From: Coriobacteriia bacterium
GTDB taxonomy: Bacteria; Actinomycetota; Coriobacteriia; WRKU01; WQUG01
Assembly: GCA_009779855.1 (NCBI GenBank)
Contig: WRBC01000002.1
Location: forward strand, 111,011 to 175,010
DNA: 64,000 bases
Direction: 5' to 3'
Position numbers and translations under genes: made by a program. Shown here one piece after another: positions 60,114 through 64,000 of this stretch (positions within the stretch are counted from its first letter, which is position 1; every line of letters starts with the position of its first letter). Below the pieces are notes generated by a model that saw only the letters and a list, made by a program, of their open reading frames with translations, did no database searches and was not told where the DNA came from.

Positions 60114-62453
60114 ATGGCAGGATTGTCTAGGACACATGCTGCGGCAGTGTCAAAATTAAGTATTGTCTTTGTGCTTTCTTTAGCACTTTTAGCGGGAGGC
60201 GTCTTACCAGCCTTCCAGCAAATCCCCTTCTTACAAACCCATCAAGCACAAGCTTCCCCTACCATTACCACGACAGGACGAGAGATCATGGCGTGGGGTA
60301 CCAATACTATGGGGCAATTGGGGCTTGGGGTTACGGGCGGAAATCGCCTTACCCCTGAACAGGTTGGAAACAGAACTGACTGGGTTCAGCTGGCTGTTTC
60401 TTCAAGTCATACCGTCGCACTTTCAGAGGACGGGGAACTTTGGTCGTGGGGTTCTAATCAGAACGGACAGTTGGGTCTAGGTGACCTTACAAGTCGCAAC
60501 GAGCCTACCCGTATAGGAACGGACAATAACTGGGTTCGTGTCTCAGCATACGGAGCTCATAATCTGGCACTTCGCGATGATGGAAGCCTCTGGGCGTGGG
60601 GGGCAAATGGCGCTGGTCAAATTGGAAATAACACAACCTCGGCTCCTTTGGACGGGGTAAGAAGTCCTGTTCGCGTAGGAACAGCTAACAACTGGACAGA
60701 TGTTGCTGCTGGAAATACTTTTTCTTTTGCTGTCAACGACCAAGGTCAGCTTTGGGGCTGGGGGTCTAATACTGCTGGTAGACTGGGAGGAAATCTTCCC
60801 TTGACACAATATTTAACACCGCAGCGTATAGGTACGGGGACCCACTGGGAATCTGTTTCTGCGGGTAATGTACATACCGTTATGATAACGGACGCGGGTC
60901 ATCTTTATGCCTGGGGAAGTAATCCCTCAGGGCAGCTAGGCAATGGTGACTTTGGTACGGGAGCAGACAGGGCAGTACCTACCCGTATAGGAACTGCTGA
61001 TGATTGGGTACAGGCTTCTGCCGGTAATGCCCAGACCTTTGCTATCAATGAAGCTGGTCAACTGTGGGGTACAGGTGGAAACACTAACGGCGAACTGGGT
61101 CTTGGGGTAACTGATGTCAGAAGGACTACCCTTCAGAGGGTTCCTGGGGATCATGTATGGCGTTACGTAGCACACGGAAGAACACAGACAGCAGCAATTA
61201 CTGAGAGCAATCAGCTTTGGATGTGGGGAGGTAACCTGCACGGTCAGCTGGGGCAGGGTGACGTGGGCAATGCCACTAATAGGAATGTCCCTACCCGTGT
61301 AGGACTTGCGGCCAGTTGGATACATGTAGCCACAGGATCAAGCTTTACCATAGGTGTAGGACCCTATAATGTCAGCATGGATGTTCCTTTGACAAAAACC
61401 CTGCGCATACCAGAGAGTGTTACTACCCCCAATGTGAGTTTCAATTTTGAGGTCGATCCTGTGGGATGGATGCCCCTCAACGGATCCACACTGCTTCCTC
61501 CGACACAGCCCTTCTTCCCGACCGTAGGTAACCAGACAATTAACTTTACTTCGGCAGATACGGGTACGGTTGCTGGTGGAGTACGTACGGTTACAAGGAG
61601 TGTCTCAGACATTTTGGCGGGCACGGACTTCACGCAGACAGGCGTTTATGTGTGGGAGGTAAGCGAAGAGTCGAGTAGCTCGGGGATGAGTGACCCTTAT
61701 TCGATGACCTATTCATCTGCGCGTTATGAAGTAAGGGTCTATGTTCAGCCCGGCATCTTGCGCCCGCATATTTCCGCCATTACCGTGACCGTCTTAAGTG
61801 TCGATGGTCCAGGTCAGACGGTAGATCATAAGACAGAGGAAATGCTGTTCACTAATACGCTTCTACGTATTGTAGGGGAGCCTGGCCTCACAGGACACAA
61901 TGCATTTGAGCTGCAGAAGAGAGTAGACGGAGACTTCGCTGATTTGGACACGCAGTTCACCTTTGCACTTAATTTGCTTAATCCGGCATTGGGATCTGTG
62001 GCATCCCCTCTTACCGCCTATGTTGTGTCTGTTGAAGATCCAACCGTTTCTTTACGTACCGTGACCATTACCAATAGGGCTGCAAGCTTTAGCTTAGCCC
62101 ATGGTGAGCGTTTGGTTATTCCGCGCTTGTATGCAGGAACAGGTTTTAATGCCATAGAACTTGCAGATGCAAGGTTTGCCCCTTCTGCGACTGTAGTCTT
62201 AGGGGGAGTTGCCCAGACTCCGCCATATAGCGAGGATCCTGGAGACCTCCTTGCTACAGGAGACTACATTATTGCGAATACAGGTAGGAATGCTATCGAG
62301 TTTGTGAATACACACCAGTTTAGTCCGCCAACGGGACTTAACATGAGCGTTGGTGCGATAGGGGTTCTTTTTGTTATGGCAGGGGCTGCTCTTGCCACGC
62401 TGCTTGCAACAAGGCGCAGAAAATCTATTGAACGATTATCTGTTAGTGAGTAG
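60114..62453 (+). CDS. RCC1-repeat beta-propeller surface protein with an FctA-like stalk and PPTG sorting signal
   Basis: About seven WGxNxxGQLG repeats; KTLRIPE...FNFEV, GVYVWEVSE; SPPTG + TM + RRRK; ATG 60114 with GAGGT RBS. Confidence 0.85.
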   Translation: MAGLSRTHAAAVSKLSIVFVLSLALLAGGVLPAFQQIPFLQTHQAQASPTITTTGREIMAWGTNTMGQLGLGVTGGNRLTPEQVGNRTDWVQLAVSSSHTVALSEDGELWSWGSNQNGQLGLGDLTSRNEPTRIGTDNNWVRVSAYGAHNLALRDDGSLWAWGANGAGQIGNNTTSAPLDGVRSPVRVGTANNWTDVAAGNTFSFAVNDQGQLWGWGSNTAGRLGGNLPLTQYLTPQRIGTGTHWESVSAGNVHTVMITDAGHLYAWGSNPSGQLGNGDFGTGADRAVPTRIGTADDWVQASAGNAQTFAINEAGQLWGTGGNTNGELGLGVTDVRRTTLQRVPGDHVWRYVAHGRTQTAAITESNQLWMWGGNLHGQLGQGDVGNATNRNVPTRVGLAASWIHVATGSSFTIGVGPYNVSMDVPLTKTLRIPESVTTPNVSFNFEVDPVGWMPLNGSTLLPPTQPFFPTVGNQTINFTSADTGTVAGGVRTVTRSVSDILAGTDFTQTGVYVWEVSEESSSSGMSDPYSMTYSSARYEVRVYVQPGILRPHISAITVTVLSVDGPGQTVDHKTEEMLFTNTLLRIVGEPGLTGHNAFELQKRVDGDFADLDTQFTFALNLLNPALGSVASPLTAYVVSVEDPTVSLRTVTITNRAASFSLAHGERLVIPRLYAGTGFNAIELADARFAPSATVVLGGVAQTPPYSEDPGDLLATGDYIIANTGRNAIEFVNTHQFSPPTGLNMSVGAIGVLFVMAGAALATLLATRRRKSIERLSVSE

Positions 62454-62496
62454 CTACCCACAAACGAATACTGCTAGTCGTAAAGAGCAACGAATT

Positions 62497-62528
62497 AAAG
62501 CCTGCACTACGCAGGCTTTTTCTTTTTG
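62497..62528 (+). terminator. Intrinsic terminator
   Basis: aaagcctgc-actac-gcaggcttt + T tract. Confidence 0.75.
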
Positions 62529-62734
62529 TGGGGCTCTTTTCTTATTTCTTAGAATTTTTCTAAAAAAGTAGTTGTGCATTTATTGTGAAGGTGTTATTAT
62601 TTTAATGTGTATCCATATTATGAACACAAACAGTTCATGAGCCTTGCATTAAGGCGGACATGGAGAAGGATCTAGGCTGGAGGTTACTGCTAGACATTCA
62701 GTAGCGCCTAGTTCTCACAGAAGGAGGAGATGAC

Positions 62735-64000
62735 ATGAAGCACATAAACACAACTCTCACTAATCTAGACTTAAGTCAGAAAAAGACAGGACTGTTGCTA
62801 CTTCGTATGTGTTTGCTTGTCGCCTTCTTCATTGTGATGGTGGGCATAGCGTTGCCAGCGGGTGCAGTATACCGTGGGTTTACTCCGCTCAGTCCTGACG
62901 ATACGCTTCCTGGCTATCTTAGCTGGGATATGGCTGTACAAGTCATGCAGGGAAACGACGTTGACGCAACCCTGCAAAATACTGCGCATGGTGGCTATGT
63001 GACGACTACTACTAAGTGTATCGTTTGCCACTCTCCTCACCGTGCATTGGGTATTCCCAGTGGTATTCCTGGTCCGCAAAACCAATACTTCCTAACCAGT
63101 GGTGGAGCGTCCTGTACGAATTGTCACGCTATTTGGGGCGCACAGGCTTCATCACTTCTTGTAGAGTGGGGCGTAACAGGCGGTCCTCATAATTCTCGTG
63201 ATGCCTGTCTTGCCTGTCACCAGGGTGGTATCCATGGTGGTAGTAACTCGCAGTTCCACGTTATGAACGTGTTCATGTTGGGTGATACCGCAGATGCCCA
63301 GCTAGCAAGCGAGGCAGGGAGACTAGCACTAGGTCCTAACTCTGCGCTATGGGTTCCTCCAAGCCTTACTGGTGGTATTAATGAAAACCCTGCAGCTGGC
63401 AATGCCCCTACTATAGGTAATACCTGGTGGTATGACGGCGGTGCCTCTGTTAATGGTGGTACAAGAGTCGGTGGTCCCACACAGATTGGTGGCCTACCTG
63501 GCGAACGCCCCGGTGCTGCTGCGCTGGTAAATGCTGCACAGTACTCTGCTGCTAGATCTGTTGGCACCAGCTATGTGTGTTCACAGAGTGGTTGTCATGT
63601 AAACACCGTTATGGCGAACTTGCAGTGGGGTGTGGGCTTTAACCGCGATGTTGATGGTAGCGGAACAGAAGTAATGGTAACAGCGCACACTTTGCCTGCT
63701 ATCATGCGTACCAATGGTGCCTACAACGGCAACAATCAGGCACAGGCCTGTGGTCCTTGTCACGTGGGTACCCCAGCAGGATTCCCTACTGATGGCTTTG
63801 CTGTATCACGTGTAGCCTATGGCTGTGACCAATGCCACGACATGATAGGTGTTGCAACCAACAGTACTGCATGGCCACATGGTAACCGCGGTATTCGAGT
63901 CTACGAGTGGGAAGAAGTCGAAGCACCTAGCGGAGGACGAGCCATCCATCGCTACGAGACCGACATGACTGCAGGCAATCTATGGATGTACAGTGGTAGC
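62735..64000 (+). CDS. Secreted multiheme c-type cytochrome, at least 6 hemes (runs off window end; not in ORF track)
   Basis: AGGAGG RBS; 422 open codons; signal peptide ending LPAGA; CIVCH (63017), CTNCH (63113), CLACH (63206), CSQSGCH (63578), CGPCH (63749), CDQCH (63824). Confidence 0.9.
   Translation, partial: MKHINTTLTNLDLSQKKTGLLLLRMCLLVAFFIVMVGIALPAGAVYRGFTPLSPDDTLPGYLSWDMAVQVMQGNDVDATLQNTAHGGYVTTTTKCIVCHSPHRALGIPSGIPGPQNQYFLTSGGASCTNCHAIWGAQASSLLVEWGVTGGPHNSRDACLACHQGGIHGGSNSQFHVMNVFMLGDTADAQLASEAGRLALGPNSALWVPPSLTGGINENPAAGNAPTIGNTWWYDGGASVNGGTRVGGPTQIGGLPGERPGAAALVNAAQYSAARSVGTSYVCSQSGCHVNTVMANLQWGVGFNRDVDGSGTEVMVTAHTLPAIMRTNGAYNGNNQAQACGPCHVGTPAGFPTDGFAVSRVAYGCDQCHDMIGVATNSTAWPHGNRGIRVYEWEEVEAPSGGRAIHRYETDMTAGNLWMYSGS

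Noticed and set aside
62798-63763. Minus-strand ORFs listed at the window end
   Set aside because: They are antisense to the plus-strand multiheme cytochrome frame, which has a strong RBS and heme motifs

Overview
This is a 64-kb chromosomal window, most likely from a Coriobacteriia-type actinobacterium (inferred from protein sequences, gene order and leaderless promoters). It is mostly housekeeping: ileS-lspA-rluD-mtnA; adk-map...infA-rpmJ-rpsMKD-rpoA-rplQ; cmk-plsC-ispH-der-plsY-gpsA; rpmE, thyX, coaX; tig-clpPX; thrC. Interspersed are four large sortase-type surface proteins, a selenium-utilisation cluster, a Cd/Zn efflux locus and tRNA-Leu(TAG). The ORF track misses three real genes: a circularly permuted ATP-grasp ligase (<1-668, minus), rpmJ (23312-23425) and a secreted multiheme cytochrome c (62735->64000). 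Non-coding highlights are (i) a raiA-motif ncRNA at about 9702-9962, (ii) two 8-9-unit arrays of an 11-bp-periodic GRTTAAG repeat that sit in identical register to the -10 boxes of comF and of a thioester-domain adhesin gene (a candidate shared regulon), (iii) a C12 tract between an operator palindrome and the -10 of an adhesin promoter (candidate phase variation), and (iv) a possible C-terminal selenocysteine with a SECIS-like hairpin. No CRISPR array, rRNA or transposase was seen. All calls come from reading the sequence by eye; no database searches were run.
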